Source: Octopus vulgaris
Taxonomy: Eukaryota
Direction: 5' to 3'
Assembly: GCA_951406725.2 (NCBI GenBank)
Contig: OX597818.1
Span: forward strand, 127,162,001-127,226,000
DNA: 64,000 nucleotides
This document shows positions 51,305-64,000 of the stretch, piece by piece. The first letter of the stretch is position 1; each line of letters opens with the position of its first letter. The notes below the pieces were generated by a model, which worked only from the letters and a program-made list of their open reading frames with translations, was not told the DNA's origin and did no database searches. A program made the position numbers and the translations under genes.

Positions 51305-51469
51305 CTGCTTCTCCATGCCCTGCGATGAAAATATTCGCTCTAATCATGCCCAACTGCTCCAGGTCGGCTGCTAAACTTATGATATTTTTCTCCAGTCTTG
51401 CGAGATCCCTATCAAAATTCACAAGTGCCAGCCATAACTTTAGCTGACTGCGTCTCTGTATGTATTGCC
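51305..51469 (-). CDS. alpha/beta hydrolase-fold protein, exon with nucleophile elbow (most 5' exon found)
   Basis: tatccag|GG ... GCA G|gtaaga, 165 nt, phase 1/1; QYIQRRSQLKLWLALV...NIFIAGHGEA(G); not in the ORF track. Confidence 0.85.
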
Positions 51470-51520
51470 CTGGATATAAATAACAAAACGAAAAACAAAA
51501 TTCAGAAAAAGAATAAAAGA

Positions 51521-51935
51521 TATGGCTGTGTGGTAAGTAGCTTGCTTACCAACCACATGGTTCCGGGTTCAGTCCCACTGCGTGGCACCTTGGGCAAGTG
51601 TCTTCTACTATAGCCTCGGGCCGACCAAAGCCTTGTGAGTGGATTTGGAGGACGGAAACTGAAAGAAGCCCGTCGTATATATGTATATATATATATATAT
51701 ATATGTATATGTATGTGTGTGTTTGTATGTCTGTGTTTGTCCCCCTAGCATTGCTTGACAACCGATGCTGGTGTGTTTATGTCCCCGTCATCTAGCTGTT
51801 CGGCAAAAGAGACCGATAGAATAAGTATTGGGCTTACAAAGAATAAGTCCCGGGGTCGAGTTGCTCGACTAAAAAGCGGTGCTCCAGCATGGCCGCAGTC
51901 AAATGACTGAAACAAGTAAAAGAGTAAAAGAGAGT
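51521..51935 (+). mobile_element. SINE S2
   Basis: S2 copy. Confidence 0.85.
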
Positions 51936-52359
51936 AATGACATCAATAGTACTTATATATGCGCTGCATATGCATGCATGTATGTATGTATACATACATG
52001 TATTTATACATCTACGTACTTATATATGTGTGTGCTTGTGTATTTGCATGCTTACCATATAGTCTAGCACTGAGTGAACTCATAACCATATCAATTAAGA
52101 ATACCGTCGCCTCACACCCAGGGGATTTAGATCGCCGTTCAAGATGCTAAGAAAGCAATCAAAATTCCGCCCTTAGATTACTTGCTTTGACACAGTATAT
52201 AATTATGTATTTGGTCTCTGGATGTGAGACGTGCAATATTTGTTGTCAGAGATCAACAACTGTTCAAAACAGAACTATAATTTGGTTCTGCAAAGAAAAC
52301 CTACTTTTTGAGAAGCAAATTTTATATTGCGTTATTTTATTCTTTTTTCATTCTTGCAT

Positions 52360-52591
52360 TTTTTACTTGTTTCAGTCGTTTGATTGCAGCCATGCTGGAG
52401 CGCCGTTTTAAGGGACTTTTTAGTCGAGGAAATCGACCTCAGGACTTAATCTTTGTGAGTCTAGTACTTATTCTGTCGGTCTCCATTCCCAAATCGCTAT
52501 GCTATGGGGACGTAAACAAACCAGCATCGGCTGCCAAGCGATGGTGGTGGATCAAACGCAGACACAAAGACACACACACACACATAAATAT

Positions 52592-52639
<48 letters not shown>

Positions 52640-52792
52640 GACGGGCTTTTCTTAGTTTCTGTATACCAAATCCGCTCACAAAGCTTTAGTCGGCCTTAGG
52701 CTATACCAGAAGACACTTATCCAAGTTGTCACGCAGTGAGACTGAATCTGGAACCATGTTGTTGGGAAGCAAGCTTCTTATCACACAGCCAT
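52360..52792 (-). mobile_element. SINE S2
   Basis: Reverse-complement S2. Confidence 0.8.
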
Positions 52793-53118
52793 ATCTAATT
52801 AATTCTGATTGAGATGACCTACGAGTGGATATTTCAGCCGTAATACTCTTAATCAAAATGCACTAAGTGACCTTTTTAAAATGCTTAGCTGTGATTTGTC
52901 CTGAGTATGACATAAAACTGCATCCAGTGGTGAGTTCCCAGCTGAGAAGTTGGGAATTTTTTGGAACTTATCACTGCTCTCAGGTTCGCTCTTGCCCGAG
53001 ATGGTAGTATCTCTCAAAAGCCCCAGTTGTGGGTCAAACAGTTGAAGTGGTTCCTGTTGCTAGATCATACAAGACTCAGGAGATGACTGATCCGTTGACA
53101 TGTACCACATAGGCCTGG

Positions 53119-53503
53119 ATGGAAGCACTCCGTCGGTTACGACGACGAGGGTTCCGGTTGATCCGATCAACGGAACAGCCTGCTCGTGAAATTAACGTGT
53201 AAGTGGCTGAGCACTCCACAGACACGTGCTCCCTTAACGTAGTTCTCGGGGATATTCAGCGTGACACAAGAGAGTGACAAGGCCGACCCTTTAAAATACA
53301 GGTACAACAGAATCAGGAAGTAAGAGTGAGAGAAAGTTGTGGTGAAAGAGTACAGCAGGGATCACCACCATCCCTGCCGGAGCCTCGTGGAGCTTTTAGG
53401 TGTTTTCGCTCAATAAACACTCACAGTGCCCGGTCTGGGAATCGAAACCGCGATCCTACGACCGCGAGTCCGCTGCCCTAACCACTGGGCCATTGCGCCT
53501 CCA
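53119..53503 (-). mobile_element. SINE S1
   Basis: Reverse-complement S1. Confidence 0.85.
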
Positions 53504-54398
53504 CTACCACATAGACCTACAGATATGTGGACATGTCCTGATGTCACGTTAATTATTCCCCCTTGTTTAAAAGCTGTAAAGTCCATGTCCTTTATGATTA
53601 AGCTTGGGACCAGTAGTGCAATTAAGCAAGATTAAACAAGGGACTAGTAGTGTAATTTTATAAATTAACCGACAAAAGACAACCGTACAGTACTGCTGTA
53701 TCTTCCCCAAGAAAGATCATAAATATTCTGGTTTTAGCATGAAGGTCCAAGATCGCCGACGCCGGAAGGAATGACACATGAAGAGATAGAAGGTGGAATT
53801 TGAGAGAATATTTAGTTCTGGTTTCACTATATATCATTTCTTTCTAAAAGAGAACAAAGGTAAATACAGGTATGGTAATTTACTTATGCATGTCATGGTG
53901 GAAGGTTTTCAGTTGTACCACTAATTAGTTAATGCCATCACGCTAACTTGACATTGACAGGCCTCTCTGTCAGTTATAATTTCAGTTTTGTCAATTAACT
54001 GGACACGAGTAACGTAAAATACAGTATCTTGTTCAAGGACAGTGCAATTCACGGACCGCGAGTGAACATATGACTTATGATCGAGATGCTAGTAGCCTTA
54101 TCACTAGGCAAAGTTCTTTTTTTTTTAAATGGCAAATATCTGGTGCTAAATATACTATGTATTCTCTTTAAAGATAATTAGGATTCCAGATTTTAATATT
54201 TTAAAGATGGTTCAGATTGGTTTTAGGTGGACTTAATTGCTATTTTTAGCAGATCACATGAGCACATGGATGCTTCCTCGTTAATGCTAGGGTGTATTTG
54301 CCATGACGGATAACAGAGATTAAATGCAGCCTATTTGAAAAACCAATGGTCAGGGTTGTTACAGAGTGAGCAAAAATGTTTTTCGATATCTTCCGACA

Positions 54399-54429
<31 letters not shown>

Positions 54430-54719
54430 TCTCTCTCTCTCCCTCTCTCTCTCCCTCTCTCTCTCTCTTTCTGTCTCTCCCCCCCCTCTCTCTCTCTCTC
54501 TCTCTCGATGTCACAAGAATTTATAAATCTTCGAGAGAACATGAAATTATTCTTCTGAAGCACACTTAAAGCAACAAATAATAGCATGTAAATATCGGGT
54601 AGAAAATACCTTTTGGATAGAAAAGGTCGAAGGCTGCTTGTGGATCTCGAACCCACATCTCTTGTGAACATGACGGATATTTGAAGGATTGATTCGCTCC
54701 AATGATATGCCTATATTTA

Positions 54720-55080
54720 TGTGTATGTGTGTGTGTACGTACGTACATATATACATACATGCATACATGCATACATGCATACCTACCTACCTACATACAT
54801 ACATACATACATACATACATACATACATACACACATACACACACACACATACATACATACATACACACATACACACACACATACACACACATACATACAT
54901 ACACACACATACATACATACATACATACATACATACATACATACACACACACACATACATACATACATGCATGCATACATACATACATACATACATACAT
55001 ACACACACACACATACATACATACATACATACATACATACATACATACATACATACATACATACATACATACATACCTAC
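54720..55080. repeat. (CATA)n/(CA)n microsatellite
   Basis: Low-complexity repeat. Confidence 0.95.
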
Positions 55081-55261
55081 GCATGTGCGTACGTATATTC
55101 ATATGTGTGGTATGAGTGAGTGTTTCAGAGAAATTGTCATACAACAAATTCGGAAAGGTGTCACTATTTCAATTTTTCAGTTGCTTGCGAGACTACGTCA
55201 AATGTATTTTCGATCGTAAATTTTGGAGGGTGAGAGATACTATACAAAACAATAACAACGA

Positions 55262-55276
55262 CTACTGCTGCTGCTT

Positions 55277-55316
<40 letters not shown>

Positions 55317-55353
55317 CACTACTACCACCACCACCTCCACCACTACCACCACA

Positions 55354-55397
<44 letters not shown>

Positions 55398-55410
55398 CAA
55401 TACCACCACC

Positions 55411-55454
<44 letters not shown>

Positions 55455-55545
55455 TACTACTACTACCACCACCACCACCACCAATACCACCACTACTACT
55501 ACTACCACCACCACCATCACCGCTACCACCACCACCACCACCACC

Positions 55546-55584
<39 letters not shown>
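55262..55584. repeat. (CTA)n/(CCA)n trinucleotide array
   Basis: Source of the poly-Y/H and poly-G/S ORFs. Confidence 0.95.
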
Positions 55585-57766
55585 GCCAAAGTACGAACTA
55601 TCCTGAATGGGCTTTTGCAACCTACTATAAGAACATTCAATAATAATATCACCGTTGCTAGCACCACCACCACCAACAACAACAACAACATCAACATCAG
55701 CACATGCCAGCAACCTCTAAACTTCCAAATACCGCAAACACCGTAAACTAAACAGTAAAAAAAAAAAAATCAATTTAAAAGATAAACAACATACAAAAGG
55801 TAGAGCAAAATGACGTCATTGTTTTCGATTGTATAAACAAGAAACAAACGTAAAATAAATACCAGAGTGCAAATACCGAAAATATAATCAAAGAAGGATA
55901 GAGTTTAACTCGGCACCATTCTGTTTATAATTTAGAAAGTTTCAAGTTTCGATAAATAAATTCAGTTTAAAGACTTTCGAAGTATAATCACGATAAGATT
56001 GTTTAAAAATAAAATGGCTGACTGTTATTTTCTATCTCACTTTCTCTGCCTCTCTCACCACATACTTTCTTTCGTACCACCTCTCTTTATTTTTACTTCT
56101 AATCTTTCTCTTCCAATTCCTTCTCTCTTTTTTATTTTCTTCTTCTCTCTTTCCCTCTATCGCTATTTTGTTCTTCCCTCTTTATCTCTCTTATCTTGCT
56201 TGCATTCTAAAATGATCCTGAAATCAACTCTAAAAGACCGAGGGCGTTAACACTTGCTTAAAATAATTCTTTCAAATTTAGGCAAAAGGCCGGCAATTTC
56301 TTAGGGAAGAGTGCTCGTTGATTTCATCAACTAAGTACTTAATTGCTACTTTATTTTATCGACCCCAGAAGCACGAAAGCAAAATTAGTTAACCTCAGCC
56401 GGATTTGGATTCAGAACGTAAAGGACCAGAACAAACACTACAAGGCATTTTTTCTGTCATTCCTCCGCCCTAAGAATGTCTATCTTCATAAAATGTTAAT
56501 TTAGCTTAATTTATTTGTCTCAAGTTATACCTTTCTGACGATTCCAACGATTTCTGACGATTGAAATAGCGTTATACATGGCTACCAACAGCTAGAGGCT
56601 TTATGATCTTTATAATATCTGATAAGAAAAGATATTGAATGATCATATTATGTACGTCTTCTTTATTGTTTAATGTAAATTCCAAACTTTCAAATCTGCC
56701 TCAACTTAACTTCATCTAGATAGCTGACCATCAGGGGTACATCACGGAAATGAATTCTTACATTACCACAAAACTAAATATTTTTGATCCTAGTTCATGA
56801 CTGGTTGATAAAATATTTTAAAAGATAGCTTGAAATCAAGTGGAGAATGGCTGTCACTAGCAGTGCTGTTTGCAATATCAATGATATTAAATTATAATTG
56901 GCTCTAGTTATTATCATGGAATAATAGAAAGTGTGCGAAATACAATGATGGGACGTGAATCTAACAAAGCATTGGTTATCATCATCATCATCGTCATCGT
57001 CGTCGTCATCCAGTCGGGAGACTTTGCCGGATCTATTTAGCCCAGTTATGGGTTGAATAGCTTGTAAATAGAAGTCTCCTGCAAATATGAGAATAAACAG
57101 CTTCGGATCAGATACATTGTGGCATCTTAGTAAGGCCTAGCACCCGGTGATCACATGAATTAGTGTTATACTGAAATCACAGAATGCAATATGGTCGATG
57201 AACATAAGTTCAATGGCGAATATCATTAGATGCTGAGCGGATGAATTCAACAAACTATCAACGGCCTGGATCAACCAGTTCATTTGGCGAACTTCTGCAA
57301 TCATCTATGGTCGTGGCGCGTACGGATGAGCTTTTTAACCATCGAAAGAAATAAAGCATTGGTAATTGAATAATATCAAAATGAATTGATAAATCAAGCA
57401 ATTGACAATCTGACACACATCAATAAGAAATAACTTGGATAAGGTATAGAATAACGTAGATTATATGTGCCTAAAATCTATGAATTTAAAAAATTGTTAT
57501 CATTCATTGTGTTATATAATTTGTATATGCCACATATATGCAGTACCTTACCACTAACATTCTACTGATATTCTTGTAAATATATCTCCACCTACGAAAA
57601 TTCGGTGGATTGGATAATTCGGTAAGCTGCAGTGATGTTCCTTTTGTTAAAATCATGTTTGATATTAAAATAAGTCTTATTTTGAGGCAATATCACTTAA
57701 TGATGTTTTATAAACTCTATAAAGGACTTACATTTAGGCATGCAAACACTTATTCATTGAGGTATA

Positions 57767-58488
57767 TACCTATTTCTTTATTACCCACAAGGGGCTAAAT
57801 ATAGAGGGGACAAACAAGGACAGACATAGGTATTAAGTCGATTACATCGACCCCAGTGCGTAACTGGTGCTTAATTTATCGACCCCGAAAGGATGAAAGG
57901 CAAAGTCAACCTCGGCGGAATTTGAACTCAGAACGTAACGGCAGACGAAATACCGCAAAGCATTTCGCCCGGCGTGCTAACGCTTCTCCCAGCTCGCCTG
58001 AGGTATATACCTACCATAAGAAAAAAGAAGTCAAACTGACCCAGGTACCTTTATCCAAACATTGCACGCAAATACGGACACAGAAAAAATACATAGACAT
58101 ACAGAAATAAATACGTGCATACATAGTTACATACACGTGCACACGCACACACACACACAAACACACACACATGTTGTAGCAATTTATTTAATGAGCCATG
58201 AGGAAGGTAATGTTAAATTAACATGTAGAAGTCGAAATACTACTGATGTCAAAGCCGTGACTATATTTTGTCTGGTGGTTAGCACGCCGGGCGAAATTCG
58301 TAGCCGTATTTCGTCTGTCGTTACGTTCCGAGTTCAAATTCCGCCGAGGTCGACTTTGCCTTTCATCCTTTCAGGGTAGATAAATTAAGTACCAGTTACG
58401 CACTGGGGTCGATGTAGTCGACTTAATCCCTTTATCTGTCCTTGTTTGTCCCCTTTGTGTTTAGCCCCTTGTGGGTAGTAAAGAAATA
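57767..58488. mobile_element. two divergently oriented SINE S3 copies
   Basis: 57767-57999 (-) and 58278-58488 (+). Confidence 0.8.
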
Positions 58489-58949
58489 TATATTTTGTCT
58501 GGTGATTAAAGTAGTGTTAAACAAAGGAATGATGAACAAAATGGTAAAGTTTTTTTTTTTTCTAAACTGGTACATTCTCTCAATTAGAGCAGAATGTGTG
58601 TTACTGGTTAGGGTGTAGTGATGGTAATTATTTCACCGAAATTCAATAGCTTTTTCTTTTTTCTTTATTCTTTTCCTACTCAACAGACCGTTAACAAAAT
58701 CTGAAAGATGATATATCAATGGTTGCCAAATCTGAAATTAGATGGAGTTCCTAAAACCTAACGGACTGCAGGTTCATAGTGAAACATTTCCAAGTATGGC
58801 TGGTCATTAGAACAAAATCTTGGTGCAAGAAATGATAAGGTAGTCCTGAATCAAAGTTTAACTTTTAATTTCTTGAGTTGTTTAGATTTTGGGATTAAAT
58901 TCTTTAAGAAGCGAATCGAAAATCACTACAAAATGTCATAAGTTTATTT

Positions 58950-59310
58950 TTGGAGCAATTTATAATGAAAGAACAGCGTGTGCGCACGCATTAGCCCGCA
59001 GCCTCACACCTCATAGCTATCCGTCGCAAGCGCTGGTACGAATATGCCTTCCGTCTCCCGCTAGATCATCCTACTAGAGCTTTATTCTCATTCGACGCAG
59101 CATCTACGAGCAAGAAGAGGTCTCGTGGAATACCGCGCACCAGATGGCAGGTCGTTATTGGAGAATATCTCCAGAGGCCTAACGGTACCTTGGCTGGCAC
59201 AGCGATAGAGAGCACTAGTGGACCTAGTCAGCTCTACACGTTGACGTGTTCGGGACCACTAACCTGGGATGACCCCAACCTCATCAAGCAAGAGCATGAA
59301 ACAAGCAGAA
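58950..59310 (+). mobile_element. RTE-like LINE 3' fragment
   Basis: IAIRRKRWYEYAFRLP..HPTR...KRSRGIPRTRW, resembling the RTE C-terminus. Confidence 0.6.
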
Positions 59311-59904
59311 GTAGCAATTTATAATCATAGAACAGTGGTCACTTGAAGCTAGGTTGAAACTACATGATGTATATTATATTCAAATCATAACCATCCACTT
59401 ATAATAATTAGCAATATCTTTTTGTTTGCAGCCACACCAAGAAAAGTGTGTGAATGTAAAAGGCTAAAATAGATAGTGTGTTACAGCAGGAAACAAAATG
59501 TAAACTTATTGCTTTCTATTCAACGGAGTTCAGCGTATTCCAGCAGACCTGAGACGTTAAACTGGATGTTAAAAACTGTTCTCGTACAACTATTCGTGCG
59601 TAAACGAAACTCTACTAGTATGAGTCTTATTGTAACAGAAATTACTGTTATCAAATATGGGAACTATTTCATAATTTACCAAACTTCGCCTACCTCCAAT
59701 TCCAATTTGGAACTCATGGGACTATGTACAGAACTAGTTTAAGTGCCAAGTTCAGAGACTGAAGCACAAACAAGAATACTGAACCAGAAGGATTTCACTG
59801 TAGAACCAGCTTGAATACTCTATTATTTAAAATATTTCAAGTGAAAAAAGTTTAAGGGTAGTCTAAATGAAATATTTTTTTATCATATTTGATAAACTCA
59901 TAGG

Positions 59905-60690
59905 TATAGACATAGCTATATGGTAAGAAAATTGCTTCTTAATCATATAGTCTTGGGTTCAGTCCCACTGTGTGGCACCATGGGCATGTGTTTTCTACTG
60001 AAGACCTGGGGTCTGACCAAAGTCTCGTCAGTGGATTTGACAAACAGAAATTGAAACACACTTCTACGTGTGTGTATGTGTGTGTGTGTGTGTGTGTGTA
60101 CGTGCGTATGTGTATAAATGTATGTGGGTGCGCGTGTGTTCTTCTTTTTGCGTGTCTCCGACCAGCACTTGCCAATCGATATCGGTTTGTTTACGTCCAC
60201 ATAACTTAGATTTTCGTGAAAAAAAAAGAGAATAAAAAATAAGTACAGGGTTCGATGTATTCGGCTAAAACTTTTAGGGCGGTGCCCCAGAATGACCGTA
60301 GTTCAAAGACTAAAACAAGTAAATGATAAGCGATTAAAAAATGTATTACTAGGTGTGAAATTAAGATTGTGATGTAAGGGTTAGTATCAGAGCCAGTGAA
60401 GGCGCGTGGCTTTGTGGTTAAGGGCTCACAATCGTAATGTCGTGTGTTCGATTCTCGGTGGCGCGATGTCCTTGAGCAAGACACTTTATTTCACATTACT
60501 CCAGTCCACGCAGCTGGCAAAAATGGGTTGTACCTGTATTTCAAAGGGCCAGCCCTGTCACACTCTGTGTCACGCTGAATCTCCCTGAAAATTACGTTAA
60601 GCGTACACGTACCTGCGGAGTACTCAGCCACTTACACGTTAATTCCACGAGCAGGTTGTTCCGTTGATGGGAACCCTTGTCGTCGTGGTT
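59905..60690 (+). mobile_element. old SINE S2 followed by a CORE-type SINE with an S1-like tail
   Basis: 59905-60330 and 60400-60690. Confidence 0.65.
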
Positions 60691-61042
60691 TAGGGATCCA
60701 GGAAGTTCAAGTTGTCTCTTTGTAAACAAATTCCTCTGGAACCAAGGGACCAATTCTTACCAAAATTGGGACATTGATTACACTACATCAAGGTCACTTA
60801 GATATTAATATTGTCCCCTGGGTTGACATCTACGCTCACCATTCCCTCATTTCATCTCTTCTAAAATAAGTATGGTATCGAAAATATTTCTGGAGAATAA
60901 ACTTAGCATCTTGCAACCGTGTCTACATATCATGTAGGTCAGGGGGTTCATTAGTATACCCACCATCTGAGCAATATTTCGAAACGCGAACATCCGCGAC
61001 TTTCTTTTACTACTATACTTCAGTATATACATATATATATGT

Positions 61043-61330
61043 GTGGTGAGGGCAGCAGACTCGCGGTCGTAGGATCGCGGTTTCGATTCCCAGGACGGCC
61101 GTTGTGAGTGTTTATTGAGCGAAAACACCTAAAAAGCTCCACGAGGCTCCGGCAGGGGGTGGCGATCCTTGCTGTACTCTTTCACCACTCTTTCTCCCAC
61201 TCTTTCTTCTGTTGTCCTGCTCGCTTAGCCAGCGGGGTGGCGTCATTCGAATGCTAAAACAATGCGAACGCATTGTGACCAACGATGTGTAACAACATAT
61301 GATGGTCTGGTCGGTCACGTGATCACGTGA
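61043..61330 (+). mobile_element. SINE S1
   Basis: Matches 103-397. Confidence 0.85.
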
Positions 61331-61820
61331 TATATATATATGTAACTTTTGAGACTAATGGGTATTTGTCAATTTTATATATATAATCGAATGTGGTCGA
61401 GTGCAATGTAATTACAATCCTCCGCATTGAATTACTGTGGTATGTAACCGGGTCCACTCGAGGGATTTTCTTTGATTCACCATAGGATTCTAAGAATCCG
61501 TATATTGCACATTAAACTTATATATATATGCATACACAGACTCACGTACACACATACACACACATACATGTGTACATCTGTGTGTGCGTGTGTATGTGCG
61601 TATATATCTATTGGTTTAAATTGGTTGTTCTTTTTGACACCAGAAGAATAATGAAATGCATGTGAGCTGTATCTAACAAGATTTTTGGTTTTCATTTATA
61701 ACATGTTTACTCCCTTAGCTAATCAAATGTTTTACTACATGTAGAAGCCTTTGAAACCGTATCATGTAATATATGCATACATGCACATATATATATACAC
61801 ACACACACACAAACACATAC

Positions 61821-61858
<38 letters not shown>

Positions 61859-61861
61859 GTA

Positions 61862-62072
61862 GGTATGTATGTATGTATGTATGTATGTATGTATGTATGT
61901 ATGTATGTATGTATGTATGTATGTATGTATGTATGTATGTTTGTATGTATGTATGTGTATGTATGTACGTATGTATGTATGTATGTATGTATGTATGTAT
62001 GTATGTATGTATGTATGTATGTATGTATGTATGTATGTATGTATGTATGTATGTATGTATGTATGTATGTAT
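61862..62072. repeat. (TATG)n microsatellite
   Basis: About 52 units. Confidence 0.95.
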
Positions 62073-62292
62073 AGCCACAATGAGGATATTTAAACCCCTT
62101 ATAGGGATATTCATCCAAGATACACCGCTTTAATATATTAGATACTGAAGCGATAATTCTTCAAACATTTTTATCGAGTTAGAAAACAGAGAGATCTAAT
62201 GGATACAAATTAATTTATTAATAAATCTTTATATTCACCAACAATTATTTCATTTCACATGTAAAATTAAAATTACAAAGCACATATAAATA

Positions 62293-62923
62293 TATAATTT
62301 TGCATTCTAAATACCTTGTAAGGAAAATTTTCAGGGTGTGCAGAGGACAATAAGGATTATATTAGAATACTTTAGAAATACACAAAATATACAGACATGT
62401 TGACTATGTGTGTATGTATACGTATGTGTGTGTACACATGCGTTAAAATTATTCCTTTTATTTCAATTCAATAACTATAATAATATATATTTCTTTATTG
62501 CCCACAAGGGGCTAAACATAGAGGGGACAAACAATGACAGACAAACGGATTAAGTCGATTATATCGACCCAGTGCGAAACTGGTACCTTATTTATCGACA
62601 CCGAGAGGATGAAAGTCAAAGTCGACCTCGGCGGAATTTGAACTCAGAACGTAACGACACAGGAAATACAGCTAAGCATTTCGCCCGGAGCGCTAACGTT
62701 TCTGCCAGCTCACCGCTATAATAATAGTAATGATTATTATTATTATTGAACTGAAATAAAAGAAATGATTTTAATGTATGCGCATACACAAACACGTATA
62801 CATACACACATAGTCAACATGTCTGTATATTCTGTGTATTTTTAAAGTATCCTAATGTGATCCATATTGTTCTCTGCACACCCTGATGATTTCCTTACAA
62901 GGTATTTAAAATGCAAAATTGTA
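62293..62923. repeat. about 180-bp inverted repeat with SINE S3 (62490-62717, -) in the loop
   Basis: 62293-62475 versus 62742-62923. Confidence 0.85.
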
Positions 62924-62929
62924 TATATA

Positions 62930-63312
62930 TTCTTTTCTACTCTAGCTAGGCACAAGGCCCGAAAATTTTTGGGGAGGAGTCCAGTCGATTAGATCGACCT
63001 CAGTACATAACTGGTACTTAATTTATCGTCCCCGAAAGGATGAAAGGCAAAGTCGACCTCGGCGGAATTTGAACTCAGACCGTAAAGACAGACGAGACAG
63101 ACGAACTACAGCTCAGCATTTCGCCCGCCGTGCTGACGTTTCTGCCAGCTCACCGCCTTATATATATATAGTATATATATTCTTTTCTACTCTAGGCACA
63201 AGGCCCGAAATTTTGAGGCAAGGGGCCTGTCGATTAGATCGACCCCAGTACGCAACTGGTACTTAATTCATCGACCCCGAAAGGATGAAAGACAAAGTCG
63301 ACCTCGGCGGAA
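62930..63312 (-). mobile_element. two SINE S3 copies
   Basis: 62930-63160 and 63180-63312. Confidence 0.8.
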
Positions 63313-63779
63313 ATATATATATTCTGCGATGGTTTTCTGTAATCAGTGACGATTTTTACAATTCTTTAAATAATAATAATATTTTATAAGCTTAAAGCTT
63401 ATAAGCGATCACCGTGTAATGACTAAAGAAAATAGTTTAAATATTGGGGCATATAAGCCCTCAACAGAAAAAAGTAGGGTTTTCGTACGGATGAATCATA
63501 ACCTCGGACCCTACCATAAGGGTACTTGGAGTTCTTCATTTATTTAAACAATATTGTTAGCCTCGTGTGCCAGCAGAGAGCTTATGAGGTATTTTGCCCG
63601 GATTGATAATCCCTCGCTGTAAGTTCCGTTATACAAAATGGAACAAGAACACAAAACATCCGGCCAACTAGGTGATACAAAAAAGGGACAACAAAACATC
63701 ATATATATATTGGACTTATAGTTTCCGTCTACCAAATTCATTCACCAGTCATTGATCGTGCTGTAGAACTGTACTCGAA

Positions 63780-64000
63780 AGGCTGCGAGCTGGCAGAAAC
63801 GTTAGCATGTCGGGCGAAATGCTTAGCGGTATTTCATCTGCCGTTCCGTTCTGAGTTCAAATTCCGCCGAGGTCGACTTTGCCTTTCATCCTTTCAGGGT
63901 CAATTAAATAAGTACCAGTTACGCACTGGGGTCGATATAATCGACTTAATCCGTTTGTCTGTCCTTGTTTGTCCCCTCTGTGTTTAGCTCCTTGTGGGTA
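63780..64000 (+). mobile_element. SINE S3
   Basis: S3 head and core, runs to the window end. Confidence 0.8.

Noticed and set aside
54610-54710. Phase-compatible candidate exon HIIGANQ...FYPK (-)
   Set aside because: No polypyrimidine tract, weak GTATTT donor, no recognisable homology
55116-55713. His/Tyr-rich and Gly/Ser-rich ORFs
   Set aside because: A (CTA)/(CCA) array read in different frames; no splice or composition support
57552-57656. Possible first coding exon MILTKGTS...SRMLV|gtaagg (-)
   Set aside because: Phase 0 does not join the phase-1 exon at 51469; no family similarity recognised

Overview
This is AT-rich, microsatellite- and SINE-dense eukaryotic DNA; the repeat families suggest an octopus-like cephalopod (inference). 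One spliced minus-strand gene is supported: six phase-compatible GT-AG exons (51469 to 26934, about 440 aa, 5' exons not found) encoding an alpha/beta-hydrolase-fold protein whose nucleophile motif reads GHGEAG instead of GxSxG. The rest is repeats: three tRNA-type SINE families, LINE remnants (L1/Tx1-like, R4/Dong-like, CR1/L2-like, RTE-like), Tc1, mariner, pogo/Tigger and hAT elements, a Helitron, and many short (TA)n-embedded Penelope-like pieces carrying minimal hammerhead ribozymes. The main discovery is two families of (TA)n-associated elements containing all hammerhead core segments (NUH, GAAA, CUGANGA) with covarying stems I and III. Their strand order (NUH strand, GAAA strand, CUGANGA strand) is not a circular permutation, so these are candidate 'jumbled' or pseudoknotted hammerheads. 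There is also a tRNA-headed SINE with a hammerhead remnant and a Penelope-type inverted end. Nearly all ORFs in the supplied track are microsatellite or SINE artefacts.
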